From: Bigelowiella natans CCMP2755
Taxonomy: Eukaryota; Protista; Cercozoa
NCBI GenBank assembly: GCA_000320545.1
Contig: ADNK01000828.1
Span: 1 to 64,000, forward strand
DNA length: 64,000 nucleotides
Direction: 5' to 3'
How positions within the stretch are numbered: the first letter of the stretch is position 1; each line of letters starts with the position of its first letter. Made by a program: the position numbers and the translations under genes. A model generated the notes under the pieces. The model was not told the DNA's origin. It worked only from the letters and a program-made list of their open reading frames with translations, and searched no databases. Positions 13,201 through 24,779 of this stretch are shown piece after piece.

Positions 13201-13892
13201 ACATTATAAACTACCTGGATGGCGTCTGTGAGCTGCTGCTGCGCTATTACAGGAACATCGCAAAGTAGTTCCAAGACGACTCGTTTCACTTCAGTCTTTT
13301 CTGGTTCTGAGATGAGGAATTGCGGATCTTTCTCATCTGTCTCATCCACAGCATCGTCATCGTCTGGTTTAAGAGCCCAATGTGCCTTGACCGTATTCTT
13401 GAATCGGACCGCCGCTGCCTGCAGCGCAATGCTGCGGGGGTTGTCCTTACGGTGGGCTATAATGCTCATCAGGTTATGCAGAAATCCTGGTTGCTTTTCC
13501 ATCGCAAAAATATTCTTCTCTGCCTGAGTTCTCTCGAATTCACTTACGCCGATCAACGATTTTTCGAAGGCCTCAGCAAGCGCCTGCTCGCTCCCTCCCC
13601 GCAACCTTGTTACCATGTGCATCTGGGGACGTCGAGGCAGAGGAGGAGGCGGATAAGGGGGGGCTACAGCGTATCTAGGGGCGCTAGCACAACCTTTGGA
13701 GGCCGCTGCCAGGGATCCACCACCACCACCATCATCGCTAGTGGTTGTTCGAATAAATGATGATGATGATGATGGTGATGATGATGTAACTATGGAGAGC
13801 AACATACTGCCCAAGCTCCTCCCACTTGGAGTAGTGTTGGCTTGGAACTTGCATCCCCCACTTCGCCCTCCTTTTATTCCTATACAAACCAT
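10280..13892 (-). CDS. CSE1: Exportin-2 / CSE1 (importin-alpha re-exporter) with N-terminal extension; exons ~13892-13215 and 13018-10280
   Basis: Importin-beta N-terminal domain (AEKNIFAMEKQPGF...AAAVRFKNTVKAHW), then AIAMHDFPQKWLSLLPEI, W..K..AL.L, VHSYTAAIL, NKYAMSALM and FPFFQEILQSQLEDLMPYVFQV, all characteristic of CSE1. The CAG|gtag...tag|GCG intron is in phase 0. Confidence 0.9.
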
Positions 13893-14337
13893 TATTGTCA
13901 GGCAAGGGTATCAAGAAACAGACTGTTAGCGCATGCGAAAGAGGGACATTTCTCATCTACAATTGTGTTGCAGACCGCTGCTGCAGTTTCCCCTGTTGTG
14001 GGCGGCCGTCCTTTGTATGAGCCCTTGCAGGGCAATATGTTGCAGGAATAAACATGTCACCAAGATGCAAACCGCAGCTCCTCCCTAATTTCCAGGACAT
14101 CGTCAACAAGGTGAAGTGTAAAAAAAAGTAACAAAGCATTCCTCCATTCCTCCCCTTGACCAATCAGTGACTCTACGCAGTTCTTAGCAACCCTGTCGTT
14201 TATAATACAATCGATTTCCACAATATCTAAGCCTAATCTTCATCCTAAGGCTCATTAGTGCCAACCCGGTGACGTGCACTGGCGTGGCCGCCTCCGACCG
14301 CCATTCCCAGGAGTTAGCAGAATTTGACCACGTCCCG

Positions 14338-14370
<33 letters not shown>

Positions 14371-14542
14371 TGGTGTGTGTAGGGTTGTTTTCCGATGAAT
14401 TTAATCCAATGTTTTCGCAGTCGCAGTCTCCATTCGCCATGATGAGCAAGAACAAATTAATTTATCCCTGTCGGCTGGCAAAAAGTACACGGTTTTACCG
14501 GTGCGACAAGTCCAAAGGATGTCGTAAAATGCGTCAGGTCTA

Positions 14543-15184
14543 ATCGGCACTCAAAACGATCAATTTTGGCGTCCTGTCCCATCATCCTTTCAACTGCTCC
14601 ATGAGCAACACTTCTTTCTTTCTTTCTGGCGGCCATTCCCACATGAGGGAGAAATTGGACGGCATGTGGTGTTTCCTGTTCACATTCCGTAACCAACCCT
14701 TTGCGCTGTGGAGCACCCGCCCCACACTTCACTTCCCCACTGTCAGTGCTCAGCAGCAAAAATTGCCAAAATGCGCAACGTGAAAGTTTGCCCACTGACG
14801 ACCTGCTGGCTGAGGATGAAATGAAATGCATGCGTGCGCTAGTGCAACTTGCAGATCAAACGCTGTGCCACAATTTTGCTGAGGCCTGCCTGGACATGTT
14901 TCGTGCGCATGCACTAGCTAGTGGCCAGCACGGTGGACAGCACTGCTCGCAGCACGCACTGCTGTGCAGCAGGTGTGACATGCTCCACCTGCTGCTGGTG
15001 CATTGTTCATCCAGAAATGCATCGTGCACGTCTAGACGTGTGCGCGCTGCACATGATCGATCTAGCGATGTCACATCGAACGCCATCATCAGCTAGTCAG
15101 GGACATGTCTAGACGTGCGTCACAGCAGATGAAGAGTCAGTGAAGACATCGCAATGTGCGAGTTGCAATTGATGATGCTCCAAA
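14543..15184. other. TpA-depleted intergenic tract (relic element)
   Basis: Manual count: 8 TA in 642 bp, 7 of them in CTAG. CpG is common and TG/CA is abundant. Confidence 0.85.
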
Positions 15185-15317
15185 TATTTGCATCCACTGC
15201 TAGAAGTGCTTGCCATGCAGCTAAACAAGCTAGCAAGACAAAGCTATGAAATGATTTATTTGGGCATCTTCACAATGTGCATCCAGCATTCAGAAGGTGG
15301 CATCCTGCATTGCCTTG

Positions 15318-17887
15318 CTAGCGCCGTGCAATAAATCCAATTTCTTCTTCGCTAAAACCGTGTGGACGTGGAACCGGGGCACCATACTTCGAGTCCAAAC
15401 TGCTACTGCTTGAGACACTACCTCGTGAGCTGAGTCGTCCACCTCTACGCCTACTTCTATAATGACTCTGGCTACATCCATTCGTGCCGCAGCAGTATCC
15501 TATAGCACCGAATATCAATGCGCTCAAGAAAGCCACTGCTACATAAAGAGCAATCTGCATGGTCCCATTATATTTATCGTTATCGTTGCTTCCTTCGCTA
15601 CTGTCACTTTCGCCCCTTCTAGATGCATATAAGGAAGTCTTCATTAGAGAGCCTTCGCGGATCGCGCAGCTGACCCCTGTGAATCCTGGGTCACAAAAAC
15701 ACTTTCCGTGGCGGCACATACCCTGAGAAAACGGAGGTGGTGGTGGTGATACATATGGTAGAAAATCATGGATAAAGTTTAGTGCCCTGAAGTACGCGCA
15801 TGTCGCAGCATGAAAGGAGTAAAAAGTACTTTGATGATTGAACAAAATGTGGACGGATAACGCCGTGTCACAAAAGAATAACTCAAATTATGGAAAAAGG
15901 TGGAAGCTTTTGTTATCCTCTCTCCCTTCCCATCTTTACCTTTCCATTGCAAGATTGAGGACAAGGGATCACGGTGTCGCAAGCTTTGCCCATATAACCA
16001 GGATCGCAGTAGCACTGAAACCACCGGCACTGCCCGTGACCTCCACACACTTGGTTATTTCCGACGTCCTTGTTGTGCGAGACCGGGCATTGTTGTTCAA
16101 CGGAGCAGTCTAATAGTAGATAAGCATATCGATGAGGAATGGTTGGGTAAAAATATATGTGTAGCATATGCGTTAGTGAGAATATGAAAAGCAACCTGCT
16201 CCTGTGTAGCCGATTGAACATTCGCAAGTGCCATGAGAGCACATTCCATGAAACGAACAGTTGTTTAAGCACCCACTGCGAGTTGATTTCCGATTTAATT
16301 TAAGTACGCATAAAACATAAAAAATAGATTTACCTCAATGCGCCGTGATTCGGGGTGTTAATAGGGGCTGAGCAGTCAGAATTTCCCCAGCCGGGGTCGC
16401 ATAGGCATCTGGTACGAACGATGTCAGAAAAGCAAAAAGCGGAGAAGGAGGGAAGGGTGATTAGAGAGGCAAGAAACCAGGGAGAGAAAGGTGAGAATTA
16501 ATTAAGAGAAGGGGAATACTAGGGAGTTGTAGAATAAGAATGTTGCACCTTCCACTCACGCAAATTCCATTGTTACTGCAACTGGGGGTCCCTGGGCAGT
16601 GTTCATGCTCAGAGCAATCCTGGCCTTTGAAGCCTGGTTCGCAGTAGCACTGGCCGTACATACATTTACCCTGCCGGTTGCAATTTGAAGGACAAGGCAT
16701 CTGGTATACCAAAAGACCATAAACACTCTTAGTGATGAAGAATCATGGAAATTTCTAGACTCGAAGTAGAATAATAAAGTGAAAAACAATATGGGATGCT
16801 ATAAATATGAACTTCAACAGATTAATTACAGCACTGTGGTACACGACTATTCTTTTTGCTCACTTTAAGTTCACAGGTAGTTCCGTTGTAGCCAGGATCG
16901 CAGAAGCAGCGCCCATTCTTGCAAAGCCCTTTTTAGTTTAACGAAGGTTCATTTCATGTGAGCAAAAAGTTTGAAAAAGATTTGTTTTGTGGATAAGATG
17001 TGTCAGCTGAAAATAACAAATTAAGCCCGACGAATTCTTCTTATGCCAAATTGTCCAAAGGCTACCGTGATCGCTGCAATTATTTCCGCACATATCCACC
17101 GAACAGTCATCCCCTGTATATATAAATGTTAGCACAGGTTCTTTTAAGGAAAAAGAATTATGAATGACCCGTAAACTGAGGGAGGCATTCGCATATCCCA
17201 TTGACACAGACACCATTCATCGAGCAATCATTTGGACATCCTTTAGCAACGCTTGCAACGCTCGTGGAGAGGGAAGCGGGTTGAGTCCACTGGATTATTG
17301 GATCAAGCAGCCTCTTGCACCTAAAAAGAGATTGAAATATTAATTTGCGGCACTTAATTCCAAATATATGTTTGCTTCTTAGGAACGTACTCTGAAGCCC
17401 TATGGCATTCTGCAGCAGCCTCCTGCGTTGTCATGTTAGATTTACTTCCACTATTTTGTGTGCGCACAGCTTCCCGAAGCTTGAGCCATTCGGATACTAT
17501 ATGACCGCCATGACTGGATATTAATTGCTGGCACTGCTGGGGAGGGGATGCGATAATTATCTCCAGGGATGATCCTGCCCTGCCTGCATTGTTTTTATGG
17601 TGTACTGGAGCGGTATGATTTTTCCCTTGGAAGGGAGAATTACTACGATCTCGGAGTTGTCGTGGTGTATTTCTAACGACTGCGTCCCTCAGTACCTCCG
17701 CGTCGGAAAGTTGTCCAAACTCAGGTGCTACTTCAATAGATGCTGAATCGACGTATGCTCTCAGCATAGACGCGGCACCCTCGGAGTTGTGCCGCATCTC
17801 AAGATTGGAAGAGAAACATAAAGGGACAAGGAGGAAATAGGCGGCAATTTGAAGGGTTCTCCCTCCATGCCCCAGCCTGGGCGCCAT
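15318..17887 (-). CDS. Type I membrane protein with signal peptide, 7 tenascin-type EGF repeats, a TM helix and a short cytoplasmic tail; multi-exon
   Basis: Spliced exons give [81 protein letters not shown] and four more repeats. TM segment IALYVAVAFLSALIFGAIGYCC; signal-like LQIAAYFLLVPLCFS. Confidence 0.85.
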
Positions 17888-18534
17888 TCTCCCAGACGGA
17901 ACCCCAATTCAAAATTTTCAAACTGGAAGCAACCGAAAAATTTGAAATACATTATTATGTCATAGCCGCATGCAATATTGTGTTTAAACCTTTGAGAATG
18001 ATTGTCGCAAGCCTTTTGGAAGCCCCTCTAAAAACACTGAAGACTGGTCCAAATGCAATGTAATTTTAATCTGCGACAAGCAGGATACTCCTTAGATTAT
18101 CTGGAGGTACCGGTAGCTGACAGCTCAAGGTACCCATCATGCTGCACAACTACAGAAGTTTCTCCTTACAGATCCATCATCTTTCCGGCATGAAAAATCT
18201 TTGCCTCGCCTTTTTTAAACCACCGTCGATCTGTGATAGCGCAGCAAGCAACAAAATGCATTCTGTTTCTCAGTTGATTTCGCTCTGATTTTAACCATTT
18301 TCTCATGGAATCGCAAGTTGTGTTCGGAAGGTGAGGTACCCATCCTCACACGTGTATACTTGTACCAAGGTGGTCATTTAGATGTACGACAAGCTGGAAT
18401 CCTTAAAAATATGTACAAACACATGGCGTTTTATCTTAGCTCCCTAACTATGAAAGAGCATCTACAGCAATCAAAATTCAAAGTTACCCGAAACCTCTGA
18501 GAAAGCAATATACGAACCATCAAATTCTCCGCAA

Positions 18535-19742
18535 ATGGCTGCCCCCGACCAACCTGCCAACGCTGACCTTCAGAAGTTCCTTGCTGCGTTTAAAGTAGCT
18601 GACATCGTCAAGGACAAAGATGAGCTCTTCACCATCAGCTCCACCTCGACGGTTGAGGAAACCCTCAAATTATTGGTAACAATTCATTTTACCTAATCGT
18701 TGGAGATGTGAATTTAGAGCAGGACCTGTGTCTTACATTTTCAGGAAAAAAAGAGAATTCTCTCAATGCCGGTGGTTGACGAGAAGAAAAAAAAATATGC
18801 AGGAATTGTTAGCATATCAGATATCGTGATTGCTATTTGCTTCAACCCTTGCTTCGCCAAACTTGCAAAGGGCGGTACAATCGACGATCTCACTCGTGAA
18901 GATATGGAGAAAATCATTAGCCGCTCAGTATTAAAGAACGCGGTTATCGATCTTGTTGGGGTTACTGAGGAAGGCAAAAACCTCTGGACTTTCGACGAAA
19001 ATGATAACATGCTCAAACTTGCAGAGTACTTTTCGCAAGGAGTCCACCGCGCCTTGATAATGAGGGAATCTGGAGGCCCATGCCTGCTCTCGCAGACAGA
19101 TTACGCAAGGTGACACAAATGCACAACGTACTCGACGACAGACGAAAATGAATATGTACATTTTGCAGATTTCTCTGTAATGAGGTGAAGAAATCCAAGG
19201 ACAAAAATATCGAAGATCGGCTGAAGATGTCACTCGAAAAGTTGGGATTCACTGGACAGAAAGGGCCAATAATTTCAGTCAATGACAAGGAAACTGCTCT
19301 TGCTGGCTTCCGCCGGCTCCTACAATGGCATTCATTTCGTGATTGGAATTTGGCTGCCATGCCTGTCATAGACTCAAAATCAGGGAAAATTATAGGGAAC
19401 CTCTCTGAGTCTGACCTGCGAGGACTTAATGAAAACAGGCTGTTGGATCTCCTTTTCGTGGTGCCGATGTACCTGAAAACCTTTTACGGACAAATGAAAA
19501 AACCGTTGATAGCCTCACCTGAGACAAGTTTTGGAGACGCATTGGACAAGGTATCGCCGCACACCAAAACACTAAGAGCTGATATTTATGATGATGACAT
19601 TTTATGCTATTTTCAGTTGGTCGAATCCAAAGTTCATCGTTTGTGGATAGTTGACAAGAACGAGAAACCTATTGGCGCATTTTCTCTCTCTGATGTGATT
19701 TCACAATTCACAGTATTCGGTTTTGCACACGAGAAATCATGA
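18535..19742 (+). CDS. CBS-domain protein (AMPK-gamma/SDS23-like); exons 18535-18675, 18745-19109, 19169-19550, 19617-19742
   Basis: CBS motifs ILSMPVVDE...GIVSISDI, GVHRALI, LAAMPVIDSKSGKIIGNLSESDLR and KVHRLWIVDKNEKPIGAFSLSDVI. All three introns are GT-AG and phase-consistent. Confidence 0.85.
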
Positions 19743-19954
19743 TGTAAAGGATGCAACAAACGACATCAGTGTCGCTGACACTAAATTGTCAGAGCTTGTA
19801 ACAGCATGTAGCATTACATCATTGTAAAATGCTCGTAAAAAAATCGCAACAGCTAGCCAATTTGAAAAGTGTCGCCATGGGCAGTGTGCATCGTCCAAGG
19901 CTTGAAATGATGTTGGCATTTACCATGTCTACATGCACGATCTAGCTGGTACAT

Positions 19955-20127
19955 GTACGTTATATAGCCCTATGAGGCTATAGAGCGTACCGGGTCAAAA
20001 GCACACATGTTCCCTGAGACATATGTGGTGAAAAAAATACTTATAAATAGAGCATATGTTGGAAAGAACATGTGTATGAAACTACATATGTTCGTACGCT
20101 ATATAGCCCTATGAGGCTATAGAACGT
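19955..20127. repeat. Two direct copies (139 bp apart) of a ~36-bp hairpin-forming motif
   Basis: gtacgttatatagccctatgaggctatagagcgtac (19955-19990) and gtacgctatatagccctatgaggctatagaacgt (20094-20127). Core TATAGCC-ctatga-GGCTATA is an inverted repeat. Confidence 0.9.
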
Positions 20128-20829
20128 CATACTGATTGGCATTAGCAAGTTTCTGTCCCAAAAAGATGTACATCAATGCATGTTGTAAAGCAAGCAAACA
20201 TTGTCTGCACAGATGGTTTACCCGTCGAGCGGCGTGCTAGCTGCGAAATTGGACCCAATGCAGCTCTTGTAAGAGCTTTCATGTGTAGTTTTATCAAAAA
20301 TATCAATTGGCAAATGCATGAAATGCCAATTTCAGTCAAAGCCACACTCCAATTGCTGATTGCACCCACTAGCACAAATGAACATGACCTGCAACCACTT
20401 CAACAAAGCTAGAAAGTTTGCTGCTAGCATGGCTAGGCGAGATGCTGTGTCATGCAATTAAATTCAACTAAAACAATGAAACTACTAGCTGTTCATCTGA
20501 CCGCAGCTACTTGCATTCCAAGCACGCGCTACGCCCAACAACCACTAGCGCAGCTAGCTAGCTAGGATGGACCTGCATTGTGAGGTCAACAAACATGAAT
20601 TTGTTTCCCAACACTAGTACAGTGTGAATCTCATGATGAGTTGTGACTTCTTCTCAATCATGTTGGTGTGCGTGAGTTTTGCAACGCGTCGTCTAGTCAT
20701 GTTTCGACGAGTTTCAGACTTTCCAAAGCTGCAGCACAGGGAGTATTTGGCAGGAAAAAACACCGCTCTTGCCATGCATGCCACGGAACACATTGTGTAG
20801 CACTTAATCCTACCAGCCATGTCGATGGA

Positions 20830-21497
20830 CTACTTTCGAAGCCACCCTTCGCCGTTCACGTTCTTCTGATTCACAGGTTTACGCTTTCCAATGTAAGGCT
20901 GGGTGGAGACACCTTCGAAACTCTCACAGGTCCCCTTTTGACCATAAAAGCAACCCTGAAAGAAGAAACAATGATAGAAGAACGGAACAGAATAGATGAA
21001 ATAACTTAAGTAATTAACAGCTTTCAATTAAAGTAAGCGACTGTCATGATGATAATGATTATAGTGTTGAGATTGAAAATGACGACTTAATGACCTTATC
21101 CTCCCGAAATTGCCACAACTTGCATCCCTTTGAGGATGATAAGCAAAATAAGAAAAACAATAGCAAAGAGGGACGAAATAGAGAGAAAGGGTGGAGAACA
21201 CAAGTATCACCAATTGTTTCAATTCCAAATTCAGAATAATATATTTCTTATTGCAGATTACATGCTCAAAACATGACACGGAAATGAAAAATGAAAGTAT
21301 TTGAAGATATAGCAGCAACGGCAGAAGCGACCTCATCTTGGCAACACGCTTGCTTGCAGCCTTCTTTGGTCTTCGGCTTTCTTGGGGGTCCAAGACCAAA
21401 ACATTGACCCCGCAGTTCTTCCTTTTCCCACTTGCACAATGAGGAGCCATTACCATCTTCATTAGCCATATTCTTGATTGTTGTATTTTGTTTCTAA

Positions 21498-21543
<46 letters not shown>

Positions 21544-22045
21544 GGGAGACTTTAAATCTCTTACAGAACCTTTCCCATGTTGTTGGTATTGGGAGATTCG
21601 GACACTCAAACATCTTAGTCATCACTCCCTCGCATTATGTAATTCAATAGAAACCAATTTTTTTGTTCTCGCTACAATCCTTATCGGTTTTCGGTGCCTT
21701 ATTCTCTGCGATTTTGTGAGTAAGTATCAAAAAATTAGTTTTCAAACCGATTTACGCTTTCCGGACCATGCGCTCGGAGGCGATGGCTCACACCAATGTG
21801 GGGAACGTGAGCCTGAGATTTTTCGAATGGCACCGATAAATTGAGTGTGAGATAGAAAATATTGACGATATCCATATGAAATGCAATTTTGTGCGCTTAG
21901 TTCTGTTTTGCTAGTAAATCATTGTCGTCATCAAGATTGATTGACTGCTGAGTTACTTTCGAGTCCTAGCCGAACCACGGGACCTGTGCAGCAGCCTACA
22001 TCTTCCCGGAATTGCCCTATTGTTATTTTCAATTTCGGCGTACTT

Positions 22046-22082
<37 letters not shown>

Positions 22083-22739
22083 GTTCAAAGCGTGCGCGTC
22101 TATGTCAAATCTACTGAATGCCGTACTCACATGTAAGACACTTGACCCCCATTTCGCAGCAAAGAGCAGAGCATTCTGCTGCGTCTTTCACGTCAGCAGC
22201 CTTGCCTTCTTTACATCTGTGCAAGTGAGACCAAACCGGAACTAAAATCACTATTGGATGCTGATGTTGCAGGTGTTTTTTGTGTTAGCATACCGCAGGC
22301 CAAAACAGGTTCCGACCAGAGTGTCGTTTCTCCACGTACATTGAGAGTCATATTCAACAGATAACTCCCTACTTTGGCTTTTTTGTGAATTAACAACTTG
22401 CTTCTCTCCTTTCTCCCTTCTTTCTTGCTCATCTGAAACTTCCTTCCCCTCCGCTGTAATGATATTTACAACTGTCGTGCTGCCGGTTTCATCTCCTACT
22501 CCTGGCGGCTGGTTGATAGTAGGGACTGTTTTTGACACCGCATTAGTTGATTCCTTTTCCAACGGTTGATGAGAATTGTGGAGGAGTGCTTCCTCTGGAC
22601 CCCCAGGGCCATGCAGATAGCTTTCCCTCGCCGACAAGTAGATTAGGAAAAAATATGCCAGAGTCGCAATCATCCAGAAGCAAACATTTCGCTTCTGCGT
22701 TGGATATTTTGCGGATGAAGAGGCATTCGCCCCAAGCAT
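20830..22739 (-). CDS. Signal-anchored protein with two Cys-rich repeats (PAN/apple-like spacing); multi-exon
   Basis: N-terminal hydrophobic anchor (VCFWMIATLAYFFLIYLSA). Spliced repeats CTWRNDTLVGTCFGL...ECSALCCEMGVKCLTWQFREDVGC and CKWEKEELRGQCFGL...GCKQACCQDEGCKLWQFREDKGC. Confidence 0.7.
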
Positions 22740-23214
22740 CAGTGGGAGGGGGCCGGCAGGGTTCGCTGATGTGACGTGGCAACAGTCCGATCAGTGTACG
22801 TAGAAGATCGATCCCCTAGATAATGCCGGTAGAAAACATGAGAAACTCTTTACTGCGACATCGACGAATTATTGTCGCAACACAAGAATCTCGGACATAC
22901 CCATCCCCGACAAAATATCAAAAGAATTTGTTGAGCATTCAATCCAGGCGACAAGGGTTATGGATTGTCGCCAGGCAAATACTCCACCACATCTCATGAG
23001 GATTGCTTTCCTCGGAGAAACATCGTAAAATCTCTCCGACTCTCTCTACGCGGGTGGCCGTTAGTTTTGCTTTGCGACATAAATTTGAATATTGACGCAA
23101 GCGATAAATTACTCGTGTTTTTGAATTCGTTGCGAAGTACGATTCGCACCCAACGAACGACGAACGAACACAGGAGGTGCTCTGTCTGGCCTCACCACCT
23201 TCGAAGAAGCACGG

Positions 23215-23674
23215 ATGGTTACCTTCACGTGCGATGGCTGCCAGGTTGTCGTGTCATTAGCTATGTGTTCTAGGACTTGGTTGTATGAATCTGCTATATC
23301 TTCCAAAAGTTGGCGCATATTGCGAGAATTATGTCTGATGCATGTTGCAGGCCACATTGAAGAAGAAGAAAGTTGACGGCCACTTCGCAACCGGAAGGTA
23401 TCTTGCTGCTAGGTGTAAGGGTCGCTCTATTGCGAAGTTGCTGCTGTAATTTTTCACATTCTCTTTTAACGCTAATAAATATGGGTACCCATCAACCGTC
23501 AACTAGAGAATATGATTCTCAGATGTAACTCTCCAAGTGTCTCTTGTGTGGACTGTGGCGTGGCATTCTATGGCGACGATTATGCGGTAGGATTGTGACA
23601 CATAGTATATGGAGGGGAGTGGAATGAAATAAGTGAAATAATAATGTTATACAAGTAATCATATACAAATGTAC

Positions 23675-23708
<34 letters not shown>

Positions 23709-23957
23709 CCACACACGAACCTCACTCTGACCCAATTTCTCATACTTTGCCTATATCCCACAAGATAAGAGTGGGTATTTTCTTATTTTGAGAATCATAA
23801 AATTGCCATTTACAACGTGTAACATATTGGTATTTGACCTAAAAAGCAACACACTTCCTGCATCTCGGAAGCAGAAAAGTACCAGGGGTGTCTGTACCGT
23901 CCGAAAAATAGCAAGGGTGGTAAGAACAAAAGCAATCCCTATAATAAAGGGGGGGGG

Positions 23958-23988
<31 letters not shown>

Positions 23989-24779
23989 AGTCACTGCCCT
24001 CACAACAGGTAGCAGGAGCGAAGCGCACTCAGGAAACAGTGGTGGCAAAATCAGGCACTGATCAAGATGAGCAAAAAAAGAAACGGAAGAATACCAGCAG
24101 CAACTCCTCCTTATCTCCAGGGTCGCTTTAAGTATACATAGTTCACTCTTCACATGCTCTAGTAGAGGTTCTTGATTACTGTCAAATGAGATACTGAAAT
24201 ACTCATGCTGTAAGCAGCAAGAAGAAGCTGCAAAAGACGACGAAGGCAGAAGGTACAGTTACCTCTAAGGGAGAAGATTTGGGGCAAGGCTCAGCCAAGA
24301 AAACGAACAAAAAGACCAAGGACGGCGTAAGCAAAAGTTCATCGAAACTCGAGAAATCGTTGCGCGCCCTCATAAAGGTGATGCTGGCTATTCTTAGGAT
24401 ACTTCGGAATAATAATGAGAAAATGACGTGCGCTACTCAGAACGATTTATTCATTCCCTTTTAGTTGCATACCTCTATTTACTTGCTCATTAAGATGAGA
24501 ATGCAAACCAAGGTTTGTTGATGTTATCTATGTCATTTAATATCTCAGAAAAAGGGAGGCAGATTGAGTATCGGAGCGGTGATAAAGAAAGTCAAAAAGA
24601 CGGTGACACAAAAAATATGAGATTCGCACAATAACAAGTCCGAATAAGGCCACAGGCGCAACTAACGTTGTGACTATATACTTCTATCTACACATTTTTC
24701 ATTGCAGGGACCGACTAACGTGCCAAAGGAAGTTATTCGAGTTCTGAGGGCAATAGATGCGAAAATCAGCTTGCTATGA
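23215..24779 (+). CDS. LYAR-type C2HC zinc-finger nucleolar protein; multi-exon, missed by the ORF track
   Basis: Spliced exons (23215-23244, 23351-23397, 23523-23586, 23847-...) give MVTFTCDGCQATLKKKKVDGHFATGRCNSPSVSCVDCGVAFYGDDYAQHTSCISEAEKYQG, the LYAR N-terminal zinc-finger signature. A Lys-rich region follows; last exon is 24708-24779. Confidence 0.85.

Noticed and set aside
13878-13890. 10-nt GT...AG segment (gtttgtatag) whose removal would fuse MRNVPLSHALTVCFLIP in frame to CSE1
   Set aside because: Too short for a credible spliceosomal intron. A longer upstream intron or a 1-bp sequence error explains the leader equally well.
19955-20127. CRISPR-like array
   Set aside because: Only two repeat copies, a 100-bp interval, no cas genes and a eukaryotic context.
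22939-23480. Plausible-looking minus-strand gene (…EILRCFSEESNPHEMWWSICL…)
   Set aside because: It overlaps the plus-strand LYAR exons, which give an exact family motif with clean splice phases; the minus frame is most likely antisense coincidence.
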